A DNA stretch of 64,000 bases from an uncultured Methanomassiliicoccales archaeon (GCA_963695345.1 OY968769.1:1536001-1600000); one strand, 5' to 3'. Counted from the first letter of the stretch, positions 1 to 9,876 are shown. Notes: a model not told the origin generated them from the sequence alone. A program made the numbers and translations.

Positions 1-15
1 TGGGGCCAGCGTCGT

Positions 16-513
16 TCATTGACCCGTCTTATTTCGGCGTTGCAGGAACCTGCTGAAGTCCTCCTCTTTGAGCCGGACCACCCGCCACTCCTGCAATATC
101 CGGGCCCCGGTGCTCTCATAGAAGCTGATGGCATCAGAGTTCCAATCCAGGACGTTCCACTCCATCCTGCCGCATCCTCTTCTTTCCGCCTCGGCCACGC
201 AGAACTCGAGCAGTGCGCTGCCTACTCCGTGCCTGCGATAACTGTCGATGACAAATATGTCCTCCAGGAACAGCGTAGGTCTTGCCAGGAATGTGGAATA
301 GGTGAAATAGTAGCAGGCATAGCCTGCCGGAACCCCCTCCATCATGGCGATATGGGCCACCAGATAAGGGTGTTCAGAGCCAATGTCCTGTTTCAATCTG
401 GAGATCGCTTCATCTGTAGGAGGCTCCAGGTGCTCATATCTAGCCAGTTCCTTGATCAGGTCCGCGAGCGTGTCGGCATTCTGTGCATCCACTCTTACAA
501 TAGAGATTTCCAT
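16..513 (-). CDS. GNAT family N-acetyltransferase (SSAT-like)
   Basis: 165 aa; LA.YE and FTYSTF..RPTLFLEDIFV...YRRHGVG motifs; WNVLDWN..AI.FY. Confidence 0.85.
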   Translation of the reverse strand: MEISIVRVDAQNADTLADLIKELARYEHLEPPTDEAISRLKQDIGSEHPYLVAHIAMMEGVPAGYACYYFTYSTFLARPTLFLEDIFVIDSYRRHGVGSALLEFCVAEAERRGCGRMEWNVLDWNSDAISFYESTGARILQEWRVVRLKEEDFSRFLQRRNKTGQ

Positions 514-625
514 TCTGAAGCCCCGGTCTTGGTGACCGAATCAAATCGAAATATTAAAAACAGGAAGTAACAAGGCATGCTCACGATGGGCAGGCCTTGA
601 TAAGATGTTTCCTGAATCAACAGAC

Positions 626-645
626 TATTCTGATTAATCAGAATA
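626..645. promoter_or_regulatory. Perfect 20-bp palindrome, candidate operator of the AbrB-hgcAB operon
   Basis: TATTCTGATT|AATCAGAATA is a perfect inverted repeat ending 36 nt before the ATG at 682. Confidence 0.6.
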
Positions 646-681
646 AACAAATACTTGGATCCCTTCTGATGTTCGACGAAC

Positions 682-945
682 ATGAAAGCGAGACCAGGTT
701 CCTGCAAGCCAGATTCAGCATGTGAGGAATACCACGTGGAGTCCATCGTCAGTATCGATGAAAGAGGTCAGATGGTCCTGCCCAAGGACATCAGGGAAAA
801 GGCCGGGATCAAGGCAGGGGACAAGCTGGCACTGGTCACTCTGGAGAAGAACGGCAAGATCTGCTGTATCCATATCATGAAGGCGAACGAACTGGCCGCA
901 AAGGCCAAAGAAGTGGCTACCGAAAACACCGCGCATCTGAGATGA
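682..945 (+). CDS. AbrB/MazE/SpoVT-family DNA-binding protein, hgcAB-associated
   Basis: SIDERGQMVLPKDIREKAGIKAGDKL AbrB signature; ends 4 nt before hgcA; four Cys. Confidence 0.85.
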   Translation: MKARPGSCKPDSACEEYHVESIVSIDERGQMVLPKDIREKAGIKAGDKLALVTLEKNGKICCIHIMKANELAAKAKEVATENTAHLR

Positions 946-949
946 TCAA

Positions 950-1930
950 ATGACCGATATCATGCTCACGGACTACAGCTTGAACAAGAAGGACAAGAGA
1001 GACCATTTGGCTGCGAGGTTGGGCTATCGTCGTTCCTCCCATTTGGTAAAGCCAGGACTATACGCCATTGGCAGTCCGGGTCCTGGATCCCCGGTGTTCG
1101 TCACCGCCAATTACACCCTCAGCTTCGATGCCCTCCGAACGTCGATCAGAGGCATCGATGGCTATATCCTGGTACTGGACACCAAAGGGATCAACGTCTG
1201 GTGTGCGGCCGGAAAAGGCACTTTCGGCACTGCCGAGGTCATCAGACGGGTCCAGGAAACGGAACTGGAAAAGGTGGTCACCCACCGGAGGCTGATCTTG
1301 CCCCAGTTGGGCGCCCCCGGCGTTTCAGCGCATGAGGTGCAGAAGCAGACGGGCTTCAAGGTGGACTATGGGCCAGTGCGCGCCTCAGACCTTCCCCGTT
1401 ATCTGGAAAAAGGACCGGACGCGGAGATGCGCAAGGTGAAGTTCCCATTGAAGGACCGGATCGTCCTTATCCCGGTGGAGATAGTTCATTCGATGATCAT
1501 CATGGCGGTCGCCGCTCTGGTGCTGTACTTGATGGGGGGGCTGATACCTGCCTTAATGGCCATAACCGTGGTACTATCCGGAACGGTCCTTTTCCCGATA
1601 CTCCTTCCTTTGATACCGACCAGGGACTTCAGTTCGAAGGGGATAGTGCTGGGAGTGTTGGTGTCGCTGCCGTTCATCGCCAACACGATCCTGAACCGAG
1701 GTTCGGACCCTTATTGGATCACCGCCCTGTTCGTGGCGGCCGATGCGTTGCTGATATCGCCTGGGGTCGGCTACCTGGCGCTGAACTTCACCGGTTCATC
1801 GACCTTCGCGTCGCGGACCGGGGTCAAGCGGGAGATATTCCGCTACATACCGATAATGGTGGCAATGTTCATTATCGGAGGAGCACTATTCGCTGTTGCT
1901 GCCTTATCGTCCTTTGCGGGGTGGAATTGA
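950..1930 (+). CDS. hgcA: Mercury methylation corrinoid protein HgcA
   Basis: Cap-helix motif GINVWCAAGKG, TANYTLSFD, C-terminal transmembrane helices. Confidence 0.97.
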   Translation: MTDIMLTDYSLNKKDKRDHLAARLGYRRSSHLVKPGLYAIGSPGPGSPVFVTANYTLSFDALRTSIRGIDGYILVLDTKGINVWCAAGKGTFGTAEVIRRVQETELEKVVTHRRLILPQLGAPGVSAHEVQKQTGFKVDYGPVRASDLPRYLEKGPDAEMRKVKFPLKDRIVLIPVEIVHSMIIMAVAALVLYLMGGLIPALMAITVVLSGTVLFPILLPLIPTRDFSSKGIVLGVLVSLPFIANTILNRGSDPYWITALFVAADALLISPGVGYLALNFTGSSTFASRTGVKREIFRYIPIMVAMFIIGGALFAVAALSSFAGWN

Positions 1931-2247
1931 TGGAAGGAAACCTGTTGGTCCAAACCAATAACCAGATAGATGTGAGGAAGGCCCGTAACACGTTGATGCT
2001 CATGCCCCATCGCTGTTCCGGATGCGGAAGGTGCGTCGAGGTCTGCCCGCACGGAGTCTTCGAGATCCAGAACCGGAAGGCCAAAATGGTCAATGCCGAT
2101 GACTGCATGGAGTGTGGTGCCTGCCAGGTCAACTGCGCAAGCGGGGCCATTAAGGTTGAGAGCGGTGTTGGCTGCGCCAAGGCGATGATACAGGCGGCTC
2201 TCACCGGAAAGGAGGTCTCGTGCGGCGGACCCGGTGGCTGTTGCTGA
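1930..2247 (+). CDS. hgcB: Mercury methylation ferredoxin HgcB
   Basis: ATG overlaps the hgcA TGA (TGATG); CSGCGRCVEVCP and CMECGACQVNC 2x[4Fe-4S] motifs; terminal CC. Confidence 0.95.
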   Translation: MEGNLLVQTNNQIDVRKARNTLMLMPHRCSGCGRCVEVCPHGVFEIQNRKAKMVNADDCMECGACQVNCASGAIKVESGVGCAKAMIQAALTGKEVSCGGPGGCC

Positions 2248-2343
2248 GGTCTACCTATCTCGTTTTCGTATCGACACTAGTTACACGTCGACCCGGTGGG
2301 ACAGCGAAAGGATTATGCCATTTGGCTTCGTGCCGGTATGTGC

Positions 2344-3633
2344 ATGGATGAAGTCAGGAGAGCGGCAGAGAGGGCCAATCTGGCATCGCTTCGGCTGCAA
2401 AGCATGTCGACTCAGGTGCGGAATTCGGCCCTGGAAGAAGTGGCGGAAGCCCTCAAACGCAACGAGACGGCCATCGTGGACGCCAATCGCACCGACCTGC
2501 GGAACGCAGAGAAGTCCAATCTTCCCATGCCATTGCTGAAGCGTCTCAATTATGATCATCACAAGATCGAGGAATCCATAGCTCAGATAAGATCATTGAT
2601 CCGGCAGGAAGACCCGATCGGAAGGTCCATCTCAAAGATGGAGCTTGACGACGGTCTGATGCTGGACAAGGTCACAACTCCGATCGGTGTTGTCGCGGTG
2701 ATATTCGAATCACGGCCAGATGCACTGGTGCAGATATCGACCCTGTGCCTGAAATCCGGCAACGCGGTCATCCTGAAGGGCGGCTCCGAGGCCAAGGAGA
2801 CCAACTCCGCGCTGGCCAAAGCCATCGAGGAGGGGATAATGCGCGCGGACCAAGGGTTCTTGGACGCGGTCCAGCTCCTGTCGACCAGGGAAGAGGTCAA
2901 GGAGCTTCTGGACCAGGACGACCTGGTGGACCTGATCATCCCGCGCGGATCGAACCAACTGGTCCGTTCTATCCAGGATTCCACCAGGATCCCGGTGCTG
3001 GGACATGCCGCCGGTGTCTGCCATACCTATGTGGACGAGGACGCGGACGTGGACATGGCGGTCAAGGTCGCTTTCGACGCAAAATGCCAGTATCCGGCCG
3101 TCTGCAACGCCATGGAGACCATGCTGGTCCATGAGAAGATAGCCTCTAGGTTCCTACCGATGATGGCCAAGAAGTACTCGGAGGCCAACGTCGAGATCAG
3201 GGGCGACGACAAGACCCGTCAGATTATCGATGCGAACAAAGCCACCGAGGAGGACTGGAATTCGGAGTATAACGATCTCATCCTCTCGGTCAAGGTAGTC
3301 AGATCGATGGATGAGGCGGTCGAGCACATCAACAGATATGGATCGCACCACACCGACGCGATCATAACCCAGGACGAGGTGAAGGCCCAGCGGTTCATGG
3401 ACTCTGTAGATTCAGCCTCAGTCCTCTGGAACTGCTCCACCCGATTCGCGGATGGCTTCCGCTATGGGCTAGGCGCGGAGGTGGGGATAAGCACCAACAA
3501 GACCCATGCCCGCGGACCGGTCGGGCTGGAGGGGCTGGTCATATACAAGTATCGATTATCCGGGAAAGGACATGTCGTTGCCGACTACGCCGGTGACGAT
3601 GCAAAACAGTTCACGCACAGGAAGATCAAATGA
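2344..3633 (+). CDS. proA: Glutamate-5-semialdehyde dehydrogenase
   Basis: IFESRPD, KSGNAVILKGGSEA, YPAVCNA, GAEVGISTNKTHARGPVG; start at 2344 chosen within ORF 2296..3633. Confidence 0.95.
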   Translation: MDEVRRAAERANLASLRLQSMSTQVRNSALEEVAEALKRNETAIVDANRTDLRNAEKSNLPMPLLKRLNYDHHKIEESIAQIRSLIRQEDPIGRSISKMELDDGLMLDKVTTPIGVVAVIFESRPDALVQISTLCLKSGNAVILKGGSEAKETNSALAKAIEEGIMRADQGFLDAVQLLSTREEVKELLDQDDLVDLIIPRGSNQLVRSIQDSTRIPVLGHAAGVCHTYVDEDADVDMAVKVAFDAKCQYPAVCNAMETMLVHEKIASRFLPMMAKKYSEANVEIRGDDKTRQIIDANKATEEDWNSEYNDLILSVKVVRSMDEAVEHINRYGSHHTDAIITQDEVKAQRFMDSVDSASVLWNCSTRFADGFRYGLGAEVGISTNKTHARGPVGLEGLVIYKYRLSGKGHVVADYAGDDAKQFTHRKIK

Positions 3634-4727
3634 GGACCTTGGAAGCGAAGCGAGTCGTCATCAAGATCGGCACCAATACCATCTGCAAGACCGACGGCAC
3701 GGTGGACATCTCATACCTTGAGGATGTTGCCAGGCAGGTAGTGCTTCTGGAAAAGAAAGGTGTCCAATGCATCATCGTGACATCGGGTGCCATCGGCTCT
3801 GGGGCGGCCGAGCTCGGGCTCGAGGACGCACGCAAGGACGTGGCCCGAAAGCAGGCCTGCGCGGCCGTAGGCCAGGCCATCCTCATGATGACCTGGAGGG
3901 ACGCCTTCAAGAAGTATGGCAAGAGCGTGGGCCAGGTCCTCCTGACCTACGGGGCGTTCTCCGACCGCAAGCGCTACCTCAACCTGAGGGCATCGATAGA
4001 CGAGCTGTTCCGTCTTGGGGCCATCCCGGTGGTCAACGAGAACGATGTCATCTCCACCGACGAGATCGAGGAGATATTCGGCGACAACGACAAACTTTCG
4101 GCACTGGTGGCGAGCAAGATCGACGCTGACCTGCTGATCCTGCTCACTGACGTCGACGGTCTCTACGACCGGAATCCGGACGCTGACCCGGACGCCAAGC
4201 TGATCCACACGGTGGACGAGATCACCAAGGACATCGAGCGCATGGCCGGATCCCACCGCAACGAACGCAGCGTGGGGGGCATGAAGACCAAGATCAACGC
4301 GGCCAAGATATCCATGGAATCCGGCTGCAACATGGTCATCGCCAACGGACGGGCGAAGAACATCATCGTGCGGGTGGTCGAGGGCGAGGATGTCGGCACG
4401 TTGTTCTCCTCCAAGGCGAAGTACAGCAACAAGGAACGCTGGATCCTGTTCGCCTGCCCCCGGGGCAAGATCAATGTCGATGCCGGCGCGCAGAAGGCGC
4501 TCCGTGATGGGGCCAGCCTGCTGCCCTGTGGCATCACGTCAGTGGAGGGTGAGTTCAGGGACGGCGATGTCGTACGGATTGGCGATTTTGCCAAGGGGAC
4601 GGCGAACTATGCGTCCGAAGCTATGTCCGAGCTGATCCAGCAGTGCAAGGCGGAGGACGGTGCCCGCCACAAGGTCGGCAACAGCAAGGTGGCAGTCGAC
4701 AGCCGTAACATCGTGGTATTCGACTGA
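3630..4727 (+). CDS. proB: Glutamate 5-kinase with PUA domain
   Basis: VVIKIGT, NENDV, GDNDKLSA, GGMKTKI; overlaps the proA stop. Confidence 0.95.
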   Translation: MRTLEAKRVVIKIGTNTICKTDGTVDISYLEDVARQVVLLEKKGVQCIIVTSGAIGSGAAELGLEDARKDVARKQACAAVGQAILMMTWRDAFKKYGKSVGQVLLTYGAFSDRKRYLNLRASIDELFRLGAIPVVNENDVISTDEIEEIFGDNDKLSALVASKIDADLLILLTDVDGLYDRNPDADPDAKLIHTVDEITKDIERMAGSHRNERSVGGMKTKINAAKISMESGCNMVIANGRAKNIIVRVVEGEDVGTLFSSKAKYSNKERWILFACPRGKINVDAGAQKALRDGASLLPCGITSVEGEFRDGDVVRIGDFAKGTANYASEAMSELIQQCKAEDGARHKVGNSKVAVDSRNIVVFD

Positions 4728-4763
4728 GGGTGCAATTCCAGATATCATGATTGGATAGGCAAG

Positions 4764-5069
4764 GTGGATTGGATGGACTTGAGCACATACTTCCTGATCG
4801 CGTTGGCGGTGTTCGTCACGATCAATATCCTGTCCTTCGGCGTCTACCGGAACGACAAGATGAAGGCGAGGCGCAACCAGTGGAGGACCTCGGAGGCGGC
4901 GTTGCTGGTTTGGGCTCTGTTCGGTCCTTACGGGGCCTATCTGGCGATGAAGCGTTACCGCCACAAGACCAGGCAGGCCAAGTTCCTTCTGGTCCCGATA
5001 TTCCTGATAGTGGAGACCGGGGCCATCACGTTCTTGGCCCTTCGCTATTTCTCCATACCCTTCCTCTGA
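4764..5069 (+). CDS. DUF1294 family small membrane protein
   Basis: DK.KA....WR.SE..L and RHKT...KF motifs. Confidence 0.8.
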   Translation: MDWMDLSTYFLIALAVFVTINILSFGVYRNDKMKARRNQWRTSEAALLVWALFGPYGAYLAMKRYRHKTRQAKFLLVPIFLIVETGAITFLALRYFSIPFL

Positions 5070-5073
5070 AAGG

Positions 5074-5382
5074 TCATTTCGTGTCGAACCCTTCCACGGC
5101 GGCAGGCAGGCTTTCCAGTACCGCGGCCAATCCCGACAGGTGAAGGTTCATTGCCACCGCACCGAGCACCTCTTTCCGGGTCGCCCCGGCATTCTTGGCC
5201 ATCATTGCGTGGAACATGACGCCCCGGGGATTGCGATTGGCCGTCTGAATGGCTATGTTGATCAATTGTTTCGTTTTCTGGTCGAGCCCCTCCAGCTGCC
5301 TTTGGGCGTCAACGAGCTGGTCGAATCTCTGGGCCAGGTCCGGGAATTCTTCCTTGAAAAGTTGCATCGGGTTCTTGTCCAT
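5074..5382 (-). CDS. Carboxymuconolactone decarboxylase (CMD/AhpD-like) family protein
   Basis: LD.KTKQLI.IA...A and H...A..AGATR.E patterns. Confidence 0.8.
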   Translation of the reverse strand: MDKNPMQLFKEEFPDLAQRFDQLVDAQRQLEGLDQKTKQLINIAIQTANRNPRGVMFHAMMAKNAGATRKEVLGAVAMNLHLSGLAAVLESLPAAVEGFDTK

Positions 5383-5428
5383 GGTCGGCGAACGTTGTTC
5401 AGGCGGATAACATCATTGATTGTGCCTT

Positions 5429-6586
5429 TCAAATCCGGCTGTTGCTGAGCGCCTGCCGCAGGTCCTCCCTCAGATCATCCTCGTGCTCGATGCCTACGGA
5501 AAGCCTGATCAGATTATCCCCGATGCCAGCTCTGAGCCGTTCTTCCTTTGGTATCATACGATGGGTCATTGAGGCGGGGTGCTCGACGAGGGATTCTACG
5601 CCTCCGAGGCTCTCGGCAAGAGAGAAGATATGGGTTGATTCCGAGAATCTCAGTGCCGACGCATTCTCCGCGAGCTCGAACGAGACCATCCCCGAATAAC
5701 CCCTCATCTGCCGCTTTGCCAATTCGTGGTCGGGGTGGGTGTCCAGGCCCGGGAACAGGACCCTCTCCACGAGTTCGTGCGAAGATAGGAAATCGGCCAC
5801 TGCCTTGGCGTTCTCCTCATGTCTCTGCATGCGCAGCGCCAGCGTTCTGATGCCTCTCAGCGCCAAGAACGAGTCGAAGGGTCCAGGGATGGGCCCTAGC
5901 GCTCTCTGGTAATTGCGCAGCCTCTCCAGGATGTTCGCGTCCTTTGCCACCAGTGCGCCGCCGATCAGGTCGCTGTGCCCGGATATGTACTTCGTGGTCG
6001 AATGGACCACGACATCCGCCCCCAGGTCAAGGGGGTTCTGAAAATAGGGGCTGGCGAAGGTATTGTCCACGACGACGATGGTGTTCGGGTCCAGGCGATG
6101 GGCCAAATCGGAAAGATACGATATGTCGTATACGCTCAAGGTCGGGTTCGTGGGGGTCTCGAGCCAAACCATGGCCGCACCGGCACGCAACTCCCTCTCG
6201 ACGGAAACGAGGTCATGAAAATCGATGAACGTCGACCTAATCCCGAACTGGGCAAAACATTCATGGAACATCCTGTAGGTGCCGCCGTAGAGGTCGTTGC
6301 AGGCCAGCACGCGGTCCCCCGCCTTGAGAAGGAATAGCGCGACCGTCTCAGCCGCCATGCCCGAACTGAACGCAAGCCCTCCGATACCATTTTCCAGTGC
6401 CGCCAGGCGTTCCTCCAATACCGCACGTGTCGGATTGCCTGCCCGGGAGTAATGATAGCCATTGGGAAGATTCTCCATCTTGCTGCGGGCAAAGGTACTG
6501 GATAGGTGGATAGGAACGACCACATCGCCGTTCTGGAACTTGTCTCGCTCCTCTCCGACATGTACCGCCTTGGTCTCGAAACGCAT
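5429..6586 (-). CDS. Cystathionine gamma-synthase/lyase (PLP transsulfuration family)
   Basis: YSRAGNPT, LYGGTY, DNTFASP, HSTTKYISGHSD, SLGGVESL. Confidence 0.92.
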   Translation of the reverse strand: MRFETKAVHVGEERDKFQNGDVVVPIHLSSTFARSKMENLPNGYHYSRAGNPTRAVLEERLAALENGIGGLAFSSGMAAETVALFLLKAGDRVLACNDLYGGTYRMFHECFAQFGIRSTFIDFHDLVSVERELRAGAAMVWLETPTNPTLSVYDISYLSDLAHRLDPNTIVVVDNTFASPYFQNPLDLGADVVVHSTTKYISGHSDLIGGALVAKDANILERLRNYQRALGPIPGPFDSFLALRGIRTLALRMQRHEENAKAVADFLSSHELVERVLFPGLDTHPDHELAKRQMRGYSGMVSFELAENASALRFSESTHIFSLAESLGGVESLVEHPASMTHRMIPKEERLRAGIGDNLIRLSVGIEHEDDLREDLRQALSNSRI

Positions 6587-6867
6587 GATACATCACTTTG
6601 TGATGAACAACCGATTCGAGTTGTTAATGTACTTTTCATATGGAGAGTCCATGTGAATTTCTTGCCGTCCGATCAGACCATTGCAGTGAAAGGAACGGAT
6701 AATCGGTCATCCGGCCGGTTGGGGGCATGATGGCGAGGGTCTTCGTTGCCAGGTTGGATCTACCGAGTGTATTTTTCGAGTTGTGACCGTTGTTCAATGA
6801 TGGGCGTGGACCAGGCCCCCTTAGGAAAGATATTAAGTGGGTCGGTGAATGACATCGACCGATTGCG

Positions 6868-7443
6868 ATGAATGTCCTCATCCTAGACGGGTCGCGGCAA
6901 GCTGTCCCTGCACTTGAAAATGTGAAAGCGGAGCTGAAACAACGGATCGAAGGTAAGGGCCACCAATTGGAGGAGGTCAATCTTCGGGATGGGGACATGA
7001 AGAGATGCACCGGCTGTTTCGGATGCTGGGTGAAGCGACCCGGCCTATGCGTCTTCGACGACGACGGCCAGAAGGTGGCCAGCTGCATCGCCAACGCACA
7101 GTTCCTGGTCATGCTCTCGCCGATCACGTTCGGGGGATACAGCAGTTTGCTGAAGGCCGCCCTCGACCGGCAGATGCCAGTGCTCCTGCCTTTCTTCGAG
7201 AAGGTGGAAGGGGAAGTGCACCACGCCCTCAGGTATGAATCCTATCCGACGATGCTGGTGGTCGGTTCGATCGAGAAGGAGGATAAGCTGCATGAGAACG
7301 TGTTCGCCCGCCTTGCGAAGCGCAACTCCATCAATGGCCATTCTCCCAAGTCAAATTCAATGGTGGTATACGAAAGGGATACGAGGGAGGACGTGGCGCG
7401 CAAACTTGACCATATCCTTGATGGCATGGGGGTGCTGCAATGA
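6868..7443 (+). CDS. Flavodoxin-like / iron-sulfur flavoprotein family protein
   Basis: LILDGS, CTGCFGCW...PG.C..DD, SPITFGGYS. Confidence 0.75.
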   Translation: MNVLILDGSRQAVPALENVKAELKQRIEGKGHQLEEVNLRDGDMKRCTGCFGCWVKRPGLCVFDDDGQKVASCIANAQFLVMLSPITFGGYSSLLKAALDRQMPVLLPFFEKVEGEVHHALRYESYPTMLVVGSIEKEDKLHENVFARLAKRNSINGHSPKSNSMVVYERDTREDVARKLDHILDGMGVLQ

Positions 7444-8114
7444 CCCTCAAGAGCGCCTTGCTACTGATCGGCAGCCCGAAGACCAACGGAGGGACATCCA
7501 TGGTCATGGCTGAACACCTAGCATCCAGGCTGAGGGATCTCAACGTGGAGACAGAGATCAGGCACATCCATCAGGCCATCGATGGTGGAAAGGAGGACGA
7601 TCTCTTCGACGCCATCGGTCGGGCGGACGCATTGGTACTGATCTCCCCGCTCTACGTGGACAGCCTCCCTTCCGGAGTGATCCGTTTCTTCGAACTGTTC
7701 CTGGAGCGCAAGGGAAAGAACGGCGGGAACGAGAAACCGTTCTACGCGATAATCAATTCCGGATTCCCCGAGTCACTCCAGAGCACCGTTGCTCTGGAAA
7801 TATGCGTTCTGTTCGCGCGGGACACCGGATTTACCTGGAACGGCGGGGGAGCGATAGGAGCCGGTCCCTTGCTGGAGGGCAAGACGCTTGAGGAGTCAGG
7901 GGGTCGCACCAAGAACCTCAGGGCGGGGCTGGCCCTTCTGGCGGTATCGATGTCGATGGGCGGCGGGCTCTCGAAGCAGGCGAGGGACCTGATCGGAAGG
8001 CCGCTGGTCCCCAAGTTCCTCTACGTCTACTTCAGCAACAAGCTGTGGCGCAAGGCGGCTGAGGCGCAAGGGGCGGGCCAGAAGATGTACGATAAACCGC
8101 TGGCAAGGAAGTGA
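7440..8114 (+). CDS. NAD(P)H-dependent FMN reductase / flavodoxin-like protein
   Basis: GSPK...GTS, SPLYVDSLPS, NSGFPE; coupled to the upstream gene. Confidence 0.7.
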   Translation: MTLKSALLLIGSPKTNGGTSMVMAEHLASRLRDLNVETEIRHIHQAIDGGKEDDLFDAIGRADALVLISPLYVDSLPSGVIRFFELFLERKGKNGGNEKPFYAIINSGFPESLQSTVALEICVLFARDTGFTWNGGGAIGAGPLLEGKTLEESGGRTKNLRAGLALLAVSMSMGGGLSKQARDLIGRPLVPKFLYVYFSNKLWRKAAEAQGAGQKMYDKPLARK

Positions 8115-8210
8115 TCACCTACGATACCTTCAAAAAGGCCTTGACATATTCTAACACGCTCCGTCACCGCCCGTGAAGGGCACTGGACGGGTATTGATCG
8201 AGGCATCAAA

Positions 8211-9140
8211 ATGGCAAACAAACCGATGGTCTGGATGGACGGCAAGATGGTCGAACAGGACAAGGCGTACGTGCCGCTCATGTCACACGCACTGCACTAT
8301 GGCAGCGGCGTCTTCGAAGGCATCCGTCTCTATGACACGAAGAAGGGACGGGCCATCTTCCGGCTGCAGGACCATATAGTCCGTCTTTTCAATTCCTCCA
8401 AGATACTGGACATGAAGATCCCCTACACCGTCGAGGAGATCTGCGAAGCGACCAGGGAGGTCGTCAGGAAGACCAAGACGGACATCGACTACATACGTCC
8501 CATAGCGTACTACGGGCTGGGAGAACCGGGAAAGATCGTCCTGAACCCGGCCAAGTTCAAGGTCAACGTTGCCGTCGCCACCGCGAAGATGGGGACCTAC
8601 ATGGGAGAGGAGCAGCTTCAGAAAGGCGCCAGCATAATGACGTCCTCATGGGAGAAGCCGTCGAACAAGTCGACGTCGCTTCAGGCGAAGATCTGCGGTA
8701 ACTATGTGAACTCGGTCATCGCCAAGATCGAGTCCAACCAGCACGGGGCCGATGAGGCGCTCATGCTGAATTCCAACGGGACCGTCGCCGAGGGGCCAGG
8801 AGAGAACATGTTCATTGTCAGGGGCGGCAAGCTGATCACCCCGCCGATATCCGCCGGTGTGCTCGAAGGCATCACCAAGGACTCGATCCTGACCATCGCC
8901 AGCGACCTGAAGATCGAGGTCATCGAGCGCGACATCACCAGGGGAGAGATATTTGTCGCCGACGAGTTCTTCATGACCGGCACGGCGGCCGAGGTAACGC
9001 CGTGCAGCTACCTTGACGGCCGGATGATAGGTGATGGCAAGGCCGGGCCGATCACCAAGAAACTGCAGACCGCCTTCTTCAAGGCCGCCCGGGGACAGGA
9101 CAAGAAGTATGACAAGTGGCTCGACTACGTCGACCAGTGA
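8211..9140 (+). CDS. ilvE: Branched-chain amino acid aminotransferase
   Basis: LHYGSGVFEGIR, AKICGNY, EGPGEN, LEGIT, GTAAEV. Confidence 0.95.
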   Translation: MANKPMVWMDGKMVEQDKAYVPLMSHALHYGSGVFEGIRLYDTKKGRAIFRLQDHIVRLFNSSKILDMKIPYTVEEICEATREVVRKTKTDIDYIRPIAYYGLGEPGKIVLNPAKFKVNVAVATAKMGTYMGEEQLQKGASIMTSSWEKPSNKSTSLQAKICGNYVNSVIAKIESNQHGADEALMLNSNGTVAEGPGENMFIVRGGKLITPPISAGVLEGITKDSILTIASDLKIEVIERDITRGEIFVADEFFMTGTAAEVTPCSYLDGRMIGDGKAGPITKKLQTAFFKAARGQDKKYDKWLDYVDQ

Positions 9141-9147
9141 GGAAAAC

Positions 9148-9177
9148 AAGGCGTCGGGGATCGCCCCGGACGGCCTT
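9148..9177. terminator. GC-rich hairpin between convergent ilvE and the ribD-like gene
   Basis: AAGGCGTCGGGG-ATCG-CCCCGGACGGCCTT imperfect inverted repeat. Confidence 0.45.
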
Positions 9178-9195
9178 CAAACGTCTTCTCGCTTT

Positions 9196-9876
9196 CTACC
9201 GATCCAGCTCCTCAGCATAATTGCGGACCTTATATCTCAGATACAACCGGCCACCATCGAACTTCCTGGTGCCGATCAATTCCAGGTCAGTCACCTTTCC
9301 TCCTTCTCCCAGATCGGGAGCGATGAACATGGAACGGTTGCTGGTCCCGCCCACCAGGAAAGGATGGACCAGGAGATGCACCTCGGAGACCAGGTTCTGC
9401 CTCAGAAGGATCCCGTTCAGCGTACCACCGCTGTCAACCCTGATGCGTTTGGCACCAAACTCCGTACCGACCCATTCCAGGGCCTTCGCCATGTCGACGT
9501 GTTCCTTTCCGAAGATCGCAAACCTGACATTCTTGACCTTAAGGTATTCCAGATAGTCTTTGGGCGTTGATTCGGAGACCAGCGCGACCATATCCCTCCA
9601 GTATGGTTGGTTCCTGAGCTTGTTCCAGCATCGGACTCTTCCCCTGCCGTCGACTATGGCGACGATGGGGCGTTTGTCCTTCGGGTCTTCGTTCGGGACA
9701 TAGGTATCTTCCTCAGTGTCCTCCAATCCCGATGAGACGACCGTTTCGCTCCCGAAGACGATGGCCTCGGCCTTCATCTTGGCGGCAAGTCCATAATACA
9801 GTTCCAGATCGAACTCGCCATGGTCCATCCTCCCATCGACGCTGACCGCGTTATAGATAATGACTATAGGTTTCAT
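9196..9876 (-). CDS. RibD C-terminal (pyrimidine reductase/DHFR-like) protein
   Basis: NAVSVDGR, IVDGRGR, RVDSGGTLNG, HPFLVGG; start at MKPIV chosen within ORF 9196..9960. Confidence 0.85.
   Translation of the reverse strand: MKPIVIIYNAVSVDGRMDHGEFDLELYYGLAAKMKAEAIVFGSETVVSSGLEDTEEDTYVPNEDPKDKRPIVAIVDGRGRVRCWNKLRNQPYWRDMVALVSESTPKDYLEYLKVKNVRFAIFGKEHVDMAKALEWVGTEFGAKRIRVDSGGTLNGILLRQNLVSEVHLLVHPFLVGGTSNRSMFIAPDLGEGGKVTDLELIGTRKFDGGRLYLRYKVRNYAEELDR

Noticed and set aside
1714-1929. 72-codon N-terminal extension of hgcB in the ORF track
   Set aside because: It overlaps hgcA; the ATG at 1930 overlapping the hgcA stop gives a normal-length HgcB.
9140-9198. Amber readthrough of the ribD-like gene (also considered for mvaD and the M56 peptidase)
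   Set aside because: The extensions run into convergent genes or meet another stop quickly, and the proteins look complete.
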